Shown here: one piece after another, positions 55,575-64,000 of the stretch
How positions within the stretch are numbered: position 1 is the first letter of the stretch
Layout: every line of letters starts with the position of its first letter
IMG/VR virus record: IMGVR_UViG_3300014205_000201
Direction: 5' to 3' (one strand)
DNA from: a virus
Lineage: Duplodnaviria; Heunggongvirae; Uroviricota; Caudoviricetes
Length of the DNA: 64,000 bases
The notes under the pieces: model-generated
Told to the model about the DNA's origin: nothing
What the model saw: only the letters and a program-made list of their open reading frames with translations
The model's database searches: none
Position numbers and translations under genes: made by a program

Positions 55575-55766
55575 ATGCAAGCAGAATCATATATATACAA
55601 AGGGCAAACAGCCCACCTATTCTGGTTAGCACAAAAACTAGCAACCCCAACAATCACAGAACAAGAAGCAACCGAAATAATAGAGGCCGTAAGAAAAACT
55701 AACCCAACAAGAGCCGACCAACTAATAGAGTTTAGAAACAAAAAATTGGAAGCTAGACACACCTAG
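55575..55766 (+). CDS. hypothetical protein (63 aa)
   Basis: the only plus-strand ORF in this segment. Confidence 0.4.
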   Translation: MQAESYIYKGQTAHLFWLAQKLATPTITEQEATEIIEAVRKTNPTRADQLIEFRNKKLEARHT

Positions 55767-55778
55767 CTTTCTCCATGC

Positions 55779-55805
55779 ACCGACAGTTACGATGAAACTG
55801 TCAAC
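55779..55805. promoter_or_regulatory. IR motif copy (caccgacagttacgatgaaactgtcaac); the rightmost copy noticed
   Basis: GACAGTT-N8-AACTGTCA. Confidence 0.5.
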
Positions 55806-56979
55806 AACTAAACTCCACACATAACTTCTTAATATACCGATGCCAACACTCACGAAGCTCCGCATAATTACCAGCTTGATTAGGCAACGCAACACCCCTA
55901 CCAGACCATCCAACATAGGCAACTAAATCTACACCATCAAATCCCCGATACTTCACTAATTCATCAGTACGAATATGCCGTAAACCATGAATCTTCAAAG
56001 GCTTAGGATGTGAAAGTACCTTGTATATTTGGCGGCGATAAATTTTACCATAATAATCCATTCGGTATTCAAACTCGTCAATAGATATGACCTTTAAACC
56101 TATCTTGTTTGGTGAAGTTTCAATAAGTTCATTGTATAACCCTTTCTTAATGCCCTCAAGATCTTCTTTAGATAGTAATTCATCACTCGCATCATTATAT
56201 GTATATTTTTTAATACGATAGGTTAACCCCTTAAACACAGGATCTTTACGACTAATATAATCCCAAATTTCAGCCCTACTAAAAGGAAAAACAGGTTTAC
56301 CCTTATGCATCTGAAAATATTTATAAATTATTTTTGTCCATGGCTCAAAGTCCTCTGATAAAGGTAAAGCCACTAGCCGATAAGGAGCTTCTTCACCTTT
56401 AACTAACCCATGTGTCTTCGCAATTTTGATTTTAAAAACCACAACTGGAATCCGTGTCTTCGCCTTAGTAATAGCATCTTTTATAGAGATGCTACCCTGT
56501 TGTATTGATAGCAACATTTCCAATACATCAAGCCATTGTGGATCAGGAGGCTCAGTATTATCCAACCAAGCATCATCACCGTATGGTCCATAGTTCATGG
56601 TGTACCCACTAGATTTATCAGCAGAAGAACGATTGAAAGCAATTTCACATGCCCTAGCAGCGCCACATAAATAAACAGTCATCAAATAAACACGATAACA
56701 TTCAACCTTCACGCTTTCAATAGCATGACGAACAGCCATAACTGAAGGCAAACTATGACAAGAGGAAACCACAACATCAATCTTCACTCTATCTTGCTTT
56801 CTGCAAAAAACACGGGGAATTTTAATGCGAAATAAACAAGGATACTTATACTCAGATAAAGAAGGATTAAAATTTTTACAGTTGCCACAAAGTAAAGGCA
56901 CATATTTTTTGAGGCTTGGTTTACGTCTTGGCGTATTGGACACCAAAACTAAAGTTAACGCTAACTGACTTAAATACAT
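55801..56979 (-). CDS. tyrosine recombinase/integrase (paralog of 49272-50171). An N-terminal extension of about 120 aa that is Cys-rich may be a mis-start; the Met at MNYGPYGDDAWLD is a plausible true start.
   Basis: KIHGLRHIRTDE (HxxR) ... AELRECWHRY; FKIKIAKTHG ... APYRLVALPL ... FEPW. Confidence 0.6.
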   Translation of the reverse strand: MYLSQLALTLVLVSNTPRRKPSLKKYVPLLCGNCKNFNPSLSEYKYPCLFRIKIPRVFCRKQDRVKIDVVVSSCHSLPSVMAVRHAIESVKVECYRVYLMTVYLCGAARACEIAFNRSSADKSSGYTMNYGPYGDDAWLDNTEPPDPQWLDVLEMLLSIQQGSISIKDAITKAKTRIPVVVFKIKIAKTHGLVKGEEAPYRLVALPLSEDFEPWTKIIYKYFQMHKGKPVFPFSRAEIWDYISRKDPVFKGLTYRIKKYTYNDASDELLSKEDLEGIKKGLYNELIETSPNKIGLKVISIDEFEYRMDYYGKIYRRQIYKVLSHPKPLKIHGLRHIRTDELVKYRGFDGVDLVAYVGWSGRGVALPNQAGNYAELRECWHRYIKKLCVEFSC

Positions 56980-57075
56980 ATTACAAAAATGGATATATGT
57001 CTAATTTAAAATAAAAAAAGGGAAGCCAAGTATGTACCTGAACGTTCCAAGCCATGAAGATTGTACTTAATCATA

Positions 57076-57094
57076 GGGATGCATTTTGCATCCC
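57076..57094. terminator. perfect 8-bp hairpin GGGATGCA-TTT-TGCATCCC, 15 nt downstream of the 57109-59460 stop
   Basis: no adjacent U-tract. Confidence 0.35.
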
Positions 57095-57108
57095 AAAACG
57101 ATTATTCC

Positions 57109-59460
57109 TTATTGAGGGACTCCATTAATGTATGCTACCTGATTAAATGATACGCCGTTAATTTTTGCGATTCTATCAATAGGAACACCACAAATAGTTC
57201 CGCTAAATTCCCAGTAAATAGTTACATTTTGGCTATTACTTGTAGATAAACTAAGAATATGCGTAACTTCTGTATAACTCCATGCTGTAGCACCTATAAC
57301 GGCAAGGGGAGATGATTTGGTACCTATATACACTTGAAATGTGGCTATACCGCTATTGTTTGTATAAAATGTTAGTTCTTTGACAGAGTAGCCTATATCA
57401 GTTATGTTGTTTGTGTTGTCTGAAGTTCCAAAGATTCCAAATATTTCATTATCAAGAATAGTGTAAGATATTGCGTCATATCCCCTTAATGTACTATAAA
57501 TACGTTGATCATTAAGAGTTATTTCTTCAGTGGGTGCATTTAATGAAATATAATTATCGCTAACTTGATAGGTGACATTTACATAATTTCCAGAAAATTT
57601 TAAAGGATCAAAAGTTATGTCTAATCCGTCTATACTTGTTGAGTACGCTACAGTTGTTGTCAAATTAGCGGGGTCACAATATATAGGTTGCGATTGAACC
57701 ATAGAAACCAAACTATTATTAGCCACCCAACATTGTATAGCATCAAAGTAGCTTGTTTGAGTTGCGTTTCCAACATTCAAACCTACATAGTAAACATCTT
57801 TTGTTGCTGTTCTCGTGCATGTAAAAGGTGTCCATAAAGTGTTTGTATCTGTAATAGTGACAGTTGGTGTATAATCACTTGAGCCATCTGTATAGAAGAT
57901 TTTAGCATTTATAGGTATTTGTACACTTGAGTTTGTTTTTATTCTACCCATTACTAAAATAGTGTCACCAGTCATAATTGGGTCTGAACTATTTCCCCCA
58001 AAAGTGGTATTAGTTGTTATGAATAGGTTACCCGCGCTTTCTCTTGATGCTTGTAAACAGTATTCACCTTGATAAGCTTCGGTGGTTACTATTGAATGCG
58101 TAGTGCCAGCTGGGTAATATATTCCACCGTCTGTACCTGTTTCAAAAATATAATTACCCTTGTAAGTTAGAAAAGGATTAACTATGTCAGCGCCAGTTAT
58201 GGATATTGAGGCATCGGGACTAAATCTTGATACCGTCACGGTTTGTGGATAATTTTCAGCTAAAATCACACTACTTGTTTGCTCTCCATTTATTGAAGAT
58301 AAATATGGAATTTCTTGATCAGTAGGTTCCCGTAACCGCATTATTGACATATCGGCGTTATCAAGTGAATTATCATTGAAATTAATGTATATCCAACCGT
58401 TATATATGGTTAGCCAATAGAACCCAAAAGTATCTGATGCATTTGCAATTAACGTGTACCAATTATCGTTATAAAGCAAATAAACGCCTGTTGCTCCTTG
58501 ATGCCCTACACCTCGACGGGTCGAAACAACTTGTAAATTATAATTATTATCTGAGGCAAAACCATAAAATAACTCACTTGTTGATAATTCTAAGCCTAAA
58601 GTATCATTAACGAATGAAAGTGTACTTGATGTTTGCGTTGTCATATTATATTTTATTACTTTTTCTACTTGCCCCGTTGCACCATAAACTGCGTTTTCCA
58701 TCCAGTAATATACTGAGTCACCAACAACGTTGCTTGCAGTAAAAATATTAATATCCGTTATCAACGATGAAACGTTGGATGCTAAATCTAATGAATAAAC
58801 ACCTTTAGGTGAGTCACCGCAGTTTATGAGTAACGCATTGTTTACAAAGTCGTAATTAATTGTATGCACATGGTCTACGTTATTGGAAAGGCTATAATTG
58901 TATATTTGATTAAAATTTGTGCCATTGTCTGAGCTTTGAAATACCAAAGCGTTTTTTCCAGGTAACGCACTATAGCAACCAAACCAAATGTTTAATCCGT
59001 TGTCACATACACTGGTTGGCTGCCACCATCTTAAACTGTAATCTGTAGTTAAAGCAACATTCCAAGAGACGGCGTTATCATGTGATGTGAGCAAATAGTA
59101 AGATGTAGATGTATTAGAAGTAATCATAATTACATTATTTGATGTAATATACAGATTAGTTGCTACCCCATATAATGTTGGTACTGTACCAACGGAATTA
59201 AAGGATAATCCATCTGTTGATTTATAAATTGAGTTAGTGTTAAGTAACCAAATTCCTGTAGATGTTGCCATAAAGATTCTGCTTGTAGTTGCAATATCAC
59301 CCCAACTGGAAGTTACATTTTCATAAGTTAAGAATGATGGCGGCGATTTTGGAGTTATAGCTGTTGCGGTAGGGATAAAGTTTGGAAACAATGCTATACA
59401 ACTTAATAAGATAATAAGAGTTAAACCCATAGCCAAGGCTTTTGTTTTTATTGTGTTCAT
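57109..59460 (-). CDS. large secreted Asn/Thr/Ser/Tyr-rich surface protein (783 aa) with an N-terminal signal peptide and many N-x-S/T sequons
   Basis: MNTIKTKALAMGLTLIILLSCIALF signal; beta-rich; low-complexity NxT/S. Confidence 0.55.
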   Translation of the reverse strand: MNTIKTKALAMGLTLIILLSCIALFPNFIPTATAITPKSPPSFLTYENVTSSWGDIATTSRIFMATSTGIWLLNTNSIYKSTDGLSFNSVGTVPTLYGVATNLYITSNNVIMITSNTSTSYYLLTSHDNAVSWNVALTTDYSLRWWQPTSVCDNGLNIWFGCYSALPGKNALVFQSSDNGTNFNQIYNYSLSNNVDHVHTINYDFVNNALLINCGDSPKGVYSLDLASNVSSLITDINIFTASNVVGDSVYYWMENAVYGATGQVEKVIKYNMTTQTSSTLSFVNDTLGLELSTSELFYGFASDNNYNLQVVSTRRGVGHQGATGVYLLYNDNWYTLIANASDTFGFYWLTIYNGWIYINFNDNSLDNADMSIMRLREPTDQEIPYLSSINGEQTSSVILAENYPQTVTVSRFSPDASISITGADIVNPFLTYKGNYIFETGTDGGIYYPAGTTHSIVTTEAYQGEYCLQASRESAGNLFITTNTTFGGNSSDPIMTGDTILVMGRIKTNSSVQIPINAKIFYTDGSSDYTPTVTITDTNTLWTPFTCTRTATKDVYYVGLNVGNATQTSYFDAIQCWVANNSLVSMVQSQPIYCDPANLTTTVAYSTSIDGLDITFDPLKFSGNYVNVTYQVSDNYISLNAPTEEITLNDQRIYSTLRGYDAISYTILDNEIFGIFGTSDNTNNITDIGYSVKELTFYTNNSGIATFQVYIGTKSSPLAVIGATAWSYTEVTHILSLSTSNSQNVTIYWEFSGTICGVPIDRIAKINGVSFNQVAYINGVPQ

Positions 59461-59472
59461 TCTTAACTCCTC

Positions 59473-60753
59473 CTAATATATTTCTATTAGTTGTATTGAA
59501 GATTGGAAGTGAATTGATGTGGCAATTAATGCTTCACCTACCTGTAGAACTTGATTGCCGCTTAAAGAGGGGAAATCAGCAACAAGTAAACCACTGGTTG
59601 AAGCACTAACATATAATGTGTCGCCTGCTGTCCAAGTCCATGCAGAATTTGTAATTACACCATTTTCAAGAAGTAAAACTTTGCCATCTTCAACATTGCT
59701 GTTCATTGCGAGATAAACGTAACCTTTACCCATCGTCGTTGATGTATCTGCTTTTCCAAGAGCCATTTTATTTGTTGATGAATCGTAAAAAACAACTTGC
59801 CCGACAGTTATTATTACTCCCGCTGTTTGAACAGTTAGAAGAGCGTCTGAGTCGAAAGTAAAGGTTACATAAGTTACGCCGTGTTTTACGGATACAATGT
59901 CACCGTTTGAGCAAACCGTAGAAACATCATCAATTAAAGATGTACTGTTAGTTGATGTAAAACAGATACGCCCCTGTGCATCCTCACCAGTATAATAGCC
60001 ACCATTCAAACCCTGACCAACAGACACAGTATAAGGAGAACCAACACTAGAAGAAGGATTAATATAAGCATACTCCTGACTACCATAAGAGCAAACTACT
60101 GTAACATTAACGGGGATGCTATCCATTAAGGCTAAGTTGAAGGCCACGTTTTTAAGTAGAACTTTACCGCCGCCAGACATAGCTTGCAGAGTTAGTTCCT
60201 CGATCTTTGTATAGTTAGTTGTGTAAGATGACCAAACAGTAGAACCAATACCACCAACTAGGTTATCCCAGTTAGAGCCGTTGATAGCATAGATGTTGCC
60301 ATTACTGTAATTGCCGATTAAATAATCAAAATCCGAAACAGGAGTATCAAGAATATAACCAGTAGTAGCAGTATTCATAGCACGACTAGTAGGCAAACCA
60401 ACAATAACAAAACAACTAACAGCGACAGCGGCGATTAACACCCAACTCGAAAGATGTAAAGTTTGCTTCCGTGTTCTTCCCCAATCCACACGATAACGAG
60501 CCCTAATAAAACGTGAAACAGTAAAAGCTAATAATACCCCGCCAATCACTGGTGGCACAGCATTAAGCCAAACCATATTACTCATAGCATTAGCATAGAA
60601 CAGTAAATCCATATTCTTACCAAAGGCGAAAACAAAGAGGCTAAAAATGCCCTGAGCAAGCGCAGGGATACAGATTAAAGATAAACCGAGAACTAAAGTT
60701 GAAAGGCTGCCTAACGCAAAAGGCTTCTTAACTGATAAAGACTGAGGAAGCAT
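59473..60753 (-). CDS. membrane-anchored surface protein (426 aa): N-terminal multi-TM region plus an extracellular N/S/T-rich domain
   Basis: four hydrophobic helices, then NxS/T-rich. Confidence 0.5.
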   Translation of the reverse strand: MLPQSLSVKKPFALGSLSTLVLGLSLICIPALAQGIFSLFVFAFGKNMDLLFYANAMSNMVWLNAVPPVIGGVLLAFTVSRFIRARYRVDWGRTRKQTLHLSSWVLIAAVAVSCFVIVGLPTSRAMNTATTGYILDTPVSDFDYLIGNYSNGNIYAINGSNWDNLVGGIGSTVWSSYTTNYTKIEELTLQAMSGGGKVLLKNVAFNLALMDSIPVNVTVVCSYGSQEYAYINPSSSVGSPYTVSVGQGLNGGYYTGEDAQGRICFTSTNSTSLIDDVSTVCSNGDIVSVKHGVTYVTFTFDSDALLTVQTAGVIITVGQVVFYDSSTNKMALGKADTSTTMGKGYVYLAMNSNVEDGKVLLLENGVITNSAWTWTAGDTLYVSASTSGLLVADFPSLSGNQVLQVGEALIATSIHFQSSIQLIEIY

Positions 60754-60850
60754 AGTTACCGATGAAAACTTAGCATCTATAACGATTTAAGGTTTGCTTT
60801 TAATCTGCAATTAAATATAAAACAAATATACCCCAACAATTAAAGAATTA

Positions 60851-61450
60851 GTGGTTACTTACTTGAATCCTAAATTAACCATAGTGTTGCTGGTACTAAT
60901 AGCAGCGGGTATGTTACCCTTAGCTTCAGCACAAACCATAACAACCAACCCTCAAGAAGTAACCGCAAAACAATATACTACCTACACATTCAACGACGCA
61001 TTCCTGCAATTAAACACCACTGGAACCTACCTATGGAACTGGGGAGACAACACAGACAACACCACCACCACAACCCCTCAAGCAAACCACGCATACAATA
61101 GAGAAGGAACATATACAATAACAATAGATGTAACAGCTACAATAGATTTAGGAGACAACTGGAATACATCAACTAACTGGCAACAATACATCGGCACCTA
61201 CACAAACCAAGTAATCATTCACCCCACACAAGCACAAACAATCAACCTAACAATAATCAACGATATAGGAATCTTTGCCGTACTCCCAACCATCATAGGA
61301 GCATCCGTTGTTATAATTTCTTTAGCAGCATTCCGAAACCAAAATAACCCACAAACCATCATAGCCGCAATATGCTCAGGTATAGTGGCAGTTTTCATAA
61401 CAGAAATCTGCGCCTACATCATAGTAACAGTCGCAAACATACTCAGTTAA
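60851..61450 (+). CDS. PKD-domain surface protein with signal peptide and C-terminal TM anchor (199 aa)
   Basis: YLWNWGDNTDNTTTTTPQANHAYNREGTYTITIDVTAT matches the PKD consensus (WdFGDG...H.Y...GtYtvtLtV). Confidence 0.55.
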   Translation: MVTYLNPKLTIVLLVLIAAGMLPLASAQTITTNPQEVTAKQYTTYTFNDAFLQLNTTGTYLWNWGDNTDNTTTTTPQANHAYNREGTYTITIDVTATIDLGDNWNTSTNWQQYIGTYTNQVIIHPTQAQTINLTIINDIGIFAVLPTIIGASVVIISLAAFRNQNNPQTIIAAICSGIVAVFITEICAYIIVTVANILS

Positions 61451-61480
61451 ACTTTCATCAGACCAATAACAACCGGCAGT

Positions 61481-62257
61481 CTATTTGTCGCTGATATAAG
61501 AACTACCAACGGTGTTCATTTCCATATGTATGCCGAAACTAAGTAGCGCCGCATTGTCAGTGTATGTATCCGAAGGCGAAGTTGCATTACGGTATAATCT
61601 AAAAGCGATCTGGCTACCAATCGTTAATCCTGTTCCGCTAATAGTTGGGAAGTTTGTTAAGATATGAGTCCAAGACGTACCCGTAGTTGCCGCCGAAACG
61701 CTGATAGTTACGGGGGCGCTATAGACACCTGTAACTTTTACAACGCTGTATTCAAGATACCAAGTAACGTTGCCTGCTCCCGTTGTGGTGGCCATCCAAT
61801 GAACATGAGGATGTAAATCGCTTCCTTCCATGTAACTATGCAACACTTCGCCTGACCCATAGACCTCGTTAACTTGAGTGGCACCATTAAATAGTAACCC
61901 TTCAATAGCCCCAGAAGCAAATATGACCCCCTGCGTTGGAGCAAGGTTTGCACTTTTCGCTAAACTTAAAGCTGGAAAGTTTAAGTCATCCCAACGAGTT
62001 GGAACCAAAGAACCATTAGATGCGCCAATAGGAACCGCTGAGTTTATCCAGTAAGTGCCGTTATAAACTAAAACCTGATTATTACTCGGTGAAACAATAA
62101 CAGTATCGTTCAAATCATTCAAACCTAAATCAACAGCAATATCGCTAGCTTGAGGAAGAACCGCACCAACAGCTAAAGCAATAATAGAAATAGCAACCGC
62201 AATAAGAAGCAACGGATTCAACTGACTCTGATTATCCTGACTCAAATGGATACACAC
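61481..62257 (-). CDS. N-terminally anchored extracellular protein (258 aa)
   Basis: signal/TM LLLIAVAISIIALAVGAV; beta-rich. Confidence 0.45.
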   Translation of the reverse strand: MCIHLSQDNQSQLNPLLLIAVAISIIALAVGAVLPQASDIAVDLGLNDLNDTVIVSPSNNQVLVYNGTYWINSAVPIGASNGSLVPTRWDDLNFPALSLAKSANLAPTQGVIFASGAIEGLLFNGATQVNEVYGSGEVLHSYMEGSDLHPHVHWMATTTGAGNVTWYLEYSVVKVTGVYSAPVTISVSAATTGTSWTHILTNFPTISGTGLTIGSQIAFRLYRNATSPSDTYTDNAALLSFGIHMEMNTVGSSYISDK

Positions 62258-62282
62258 CTAACACTAACCTAATAGCACTAAG

Positions 62283-62930
62283 TTAGCATTTAACCTTATG
62301 CTTATCAGACACTTCAACACTAACTGGTGGAGCATGGAGAAGTTTAGTGAGCACTTCTTTGTATGGTCCGCGATGGTTGATCTTGCCTTTTTTAATTATC
62401 CATTCTGGATGTGCCTCTAGAACGATACCTTGTCTAACCCAATCATTGGCGATAATTAAAGCCGCTTTTGCATCGGTATTGTAACATAACCAATCTAACC
62501 CGTTAGTAGGAAACTCATGATAAGATTTCAAGCGAAAATCCTGTGGCACTTTTACTTGCTTCTGCCCTAAAGGTCTATGCCAAACAATTTGGCCGAGTAA
62601 ACGTTCTGTTCCATGAATCGTGTAATACTCAACTGATTTTGTAGAAACTTGTTCAAGTTGTGCCAATTCTTCTTCAGGATTATTTACAACATGTAAACCT
62701 ATCTCATGCTGAGAACCACTTAACAATGCAAGCATTTCATCATCTGGAAGCGCATGAATGTTAAAGAACCACATTGCTTTCACTTCAGGTATAGAATTAT
62801 TAATTAAATCAGCAAGCATTTTAGCATAAGCCAAATAACCACGTTTAGTTCTCCAACCTAGATAAGTGTAAAGAAAACTTTTAGCCCTAGACGGATAAGG
62901 ATAATCTACATCAATACGCAATTTAATCAT
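62283..62930 (-). CDS. hypothetical protein, possibly a carbohydrate-modifying enzyme (215 aa)
   Basis: ATGA-overlapped with GT2; His-rich motifs HEIGLH and IHGTERL. Confidence 0.35.
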   Translation of the reverse strand: MIKLRIDVDYPYPSRAKSFLYTYLGWRTKRGYLAYAKMLADLINNSIPEVKAMWFFNIHALPDDEMLALLSGSQHEIGLHVVNNPEEELAQLEQVSTKSVEYYTIHGTERLLGQIVWHRPLGQKQVKVPQDFRLKSYHEFPTNGLDWLCYNTDAKAALIIANDWVRQGIVLEAHPEWIIKKGKINHRGPYKEVLTKLLHAPPVSVEVSDKHKVKC

Positions 62931-63742
62931 TAAGCCATTACCTTATGATAAAGCTTCGATACCAATCGGCGGGGATACCAAGGATATGCATGACGGCAAC
63001 TCTTCTTATAAGCCTCATTAATTAATTGATGAGGTACATCAAGCGCTTGTAATCTTAAACGGAGATAACGCCAAAGCAATTCAAACTCTTCACGCTTCTG
63101 AGTAAAAGAACCCGCCTTATTATGAATCCGATAAAATAGCAAAGGCTCATCTACAAGCCTCCATTGCAACCCAGCTATAACCGTATCCAATAAAAAGATA
63201 AGATCTTCTCCATGACGAAGCGATCCCTCAAATGTAACTTTATCAAATATCCATATAGGCAATATAATGCTGCTAAAATTTACATACATATTCTTTTCAA
63301 GCGCCCATTTAATTATAGAAGTTCGACTAAAATCTGGTGGTCTAAAGACATGTTGAGATTCTAACAGACTATTGCATTGATAATAACTTGTATATGTTGC
63401 AGTATTGGGTTTAACTAAAGCTAAGGAATGCTCAATAAAAGTAGGCGCATAACAATCATCAGCACTCAAATAAGCGATATAACTAGTCCTAGCGATATTC
63501 ACGCCTTTTTGACGCGCCATTCCAATTCCGCCATTAAATTTTGATTTATGAATTTTAATGATGGAATAACCAGTTTTATTAATATAATCTTCAACAACCT
63601 GAACCGTGTTATCTGTACTACCATCATCTATGATAATAACTTCGCCAGGTTGAACAGTTTGATTTCTAATACTCTCTAATGTTTCAACAATATATTTCTC
63701 AGCATTATATGCCGGAATGACAACGCTTATTTTAATTGACAT
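62930..63742 (-). CDS. family-2 glycosyltransferase
   Basis: VVIPAYNAEKYI ... IIIDDGSTDNT (classic GT2 N-terminus and DxD). Confidence 0.75.
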   Translation of the reverse strand: MSIKISVVIPAYNAEKYIVETLESIRNQTVQPGEVIIIDDGSTDNTVQVVEDYINKTGYSIIKIHKSKFNGGIGMARQKGVNIARTSYIAYLSADDCYAPTFIEHSLALVKPNTATYTSYYQCNSLLESQHVFRPPDFSRTSIIKWALEKNMYVNFSSIILPIWIFDKVTFEGSLRHGEDLIFLLDTVIAGLQWRLVDEPLLFYRIHNKAGSFTQKREEFELLWRYLRLRLQALDVPHQLINEAYKKSCRHAYPWYPRRLVSKLYHKVMA

Positions 63743-63915
63743 AAAACTTCCCTACTTGTCTTCTCTATAGTTCTAGATAATTTAGTCTTCAGCCCTCTCA
63801 CTATCTTTAATGGAATATCATAATTAACAGTTCTGAAACTATTATTGAAATTAATAAGAAAATGCTGAAGCTCCAAATCATGACATGGAACTATAGAACC
63901 CTTATCAAAAATCAA
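63727..63915 (-). CDS. hypothetical protein; possibly the 3' part of a longer gene that starts beyond the window end
   Basis: overlaps the GT2 start. Confidence 0.3.
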   Translation of the reverse strand: MIFDKGSIVPCHDLELQHFLINFNNSFRTVNYDIPLKIVRGLKTKLSRTIEKTSREVLCQLK

Positions 63916-64000
63916 AAGATTTCTATCAAAATTTATAGTAGCACAATCTTGATCTGAATATCCTAACCGTGATAACCATACTTGTGTCTCTAACCAACGT

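Overview
This 64-kb, low-GC (about 38-40% by eye) prokaryotic window is densely coding, and I found no rRNA gene and no CRISPR array. Most of it (about 3.7-57 kb) looks like a virus or integrative-element type block. Both edges carry cell-surface and glycosylation genes: a very large 5'-partial coiled-coil/Gly-rich protein and a GT2 at the left, and secreted N-x-S/T-rich proteins, a PKD-domain protein and a second GT2 at the right. The block is arranged in long co-directional gene runs (minus 3.7-19.25 kb; plus 19.4-37.7 kb; minus 37.7-50.6 kb; mixed 50.8-57 kb) with overlapping stop/start codons and frequent GGAGG-like Shine-Dalgarno sites. Recognisable content: three tyrosine recombinases (two are paralogs 6.5 kb apart); two paralogous free-standing LAGLIDADG genes; three paralogous HNH genes; a NUMOD3 + Vsr-like endonuclease; a Dam-family N6-adenine methyltransferase; PD-(D/E)XK nucleases, one translationally coupled to a SLOG/DUF2493 protein; a KxDG ATP-dependent ligase; an SPFH/flotillin-like protein next to an AbrB-like mini-gene; an Lrp/AsnC regulator; a TadV/FlaK-like peptidase candidate; about 25 tiny membrane proteins in one array; many zinc-ribbon or C2H2-like mini-proteins. 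No capsid, portal or terminase could be recognised by eye, so virus versus plasmid-like element is unresolved. The host domain is uncertain: Shine-Dalgarno use fits bacteria and many archaea, while free-standing LAGLIDADG genes, C2H2 fingers and a BRE/TATA-like leaderless start at 21.7 kb hint at archaea. Non-coding highlights: (a) two tandem type-I hammerhead ribozyme motifs at 25826-26004 with identical stem II and fully covarying stems I and III; (b) an imperfect inverted repeat (CACCAGTT-N7-9-AACTGKCA) in 30 or more copies just upstream of start codons between 5.9 and 55.8 kb; (c) a 700-bp non-coding hub (23967-24671) with four GGGGTACT iterons at about 40-bp spacing, TTGTTAAA palindromes and an AT tract; (d) a 73-nt tRNA-Asp(GUC)-like element embedded in an ORF at 33891-33963.
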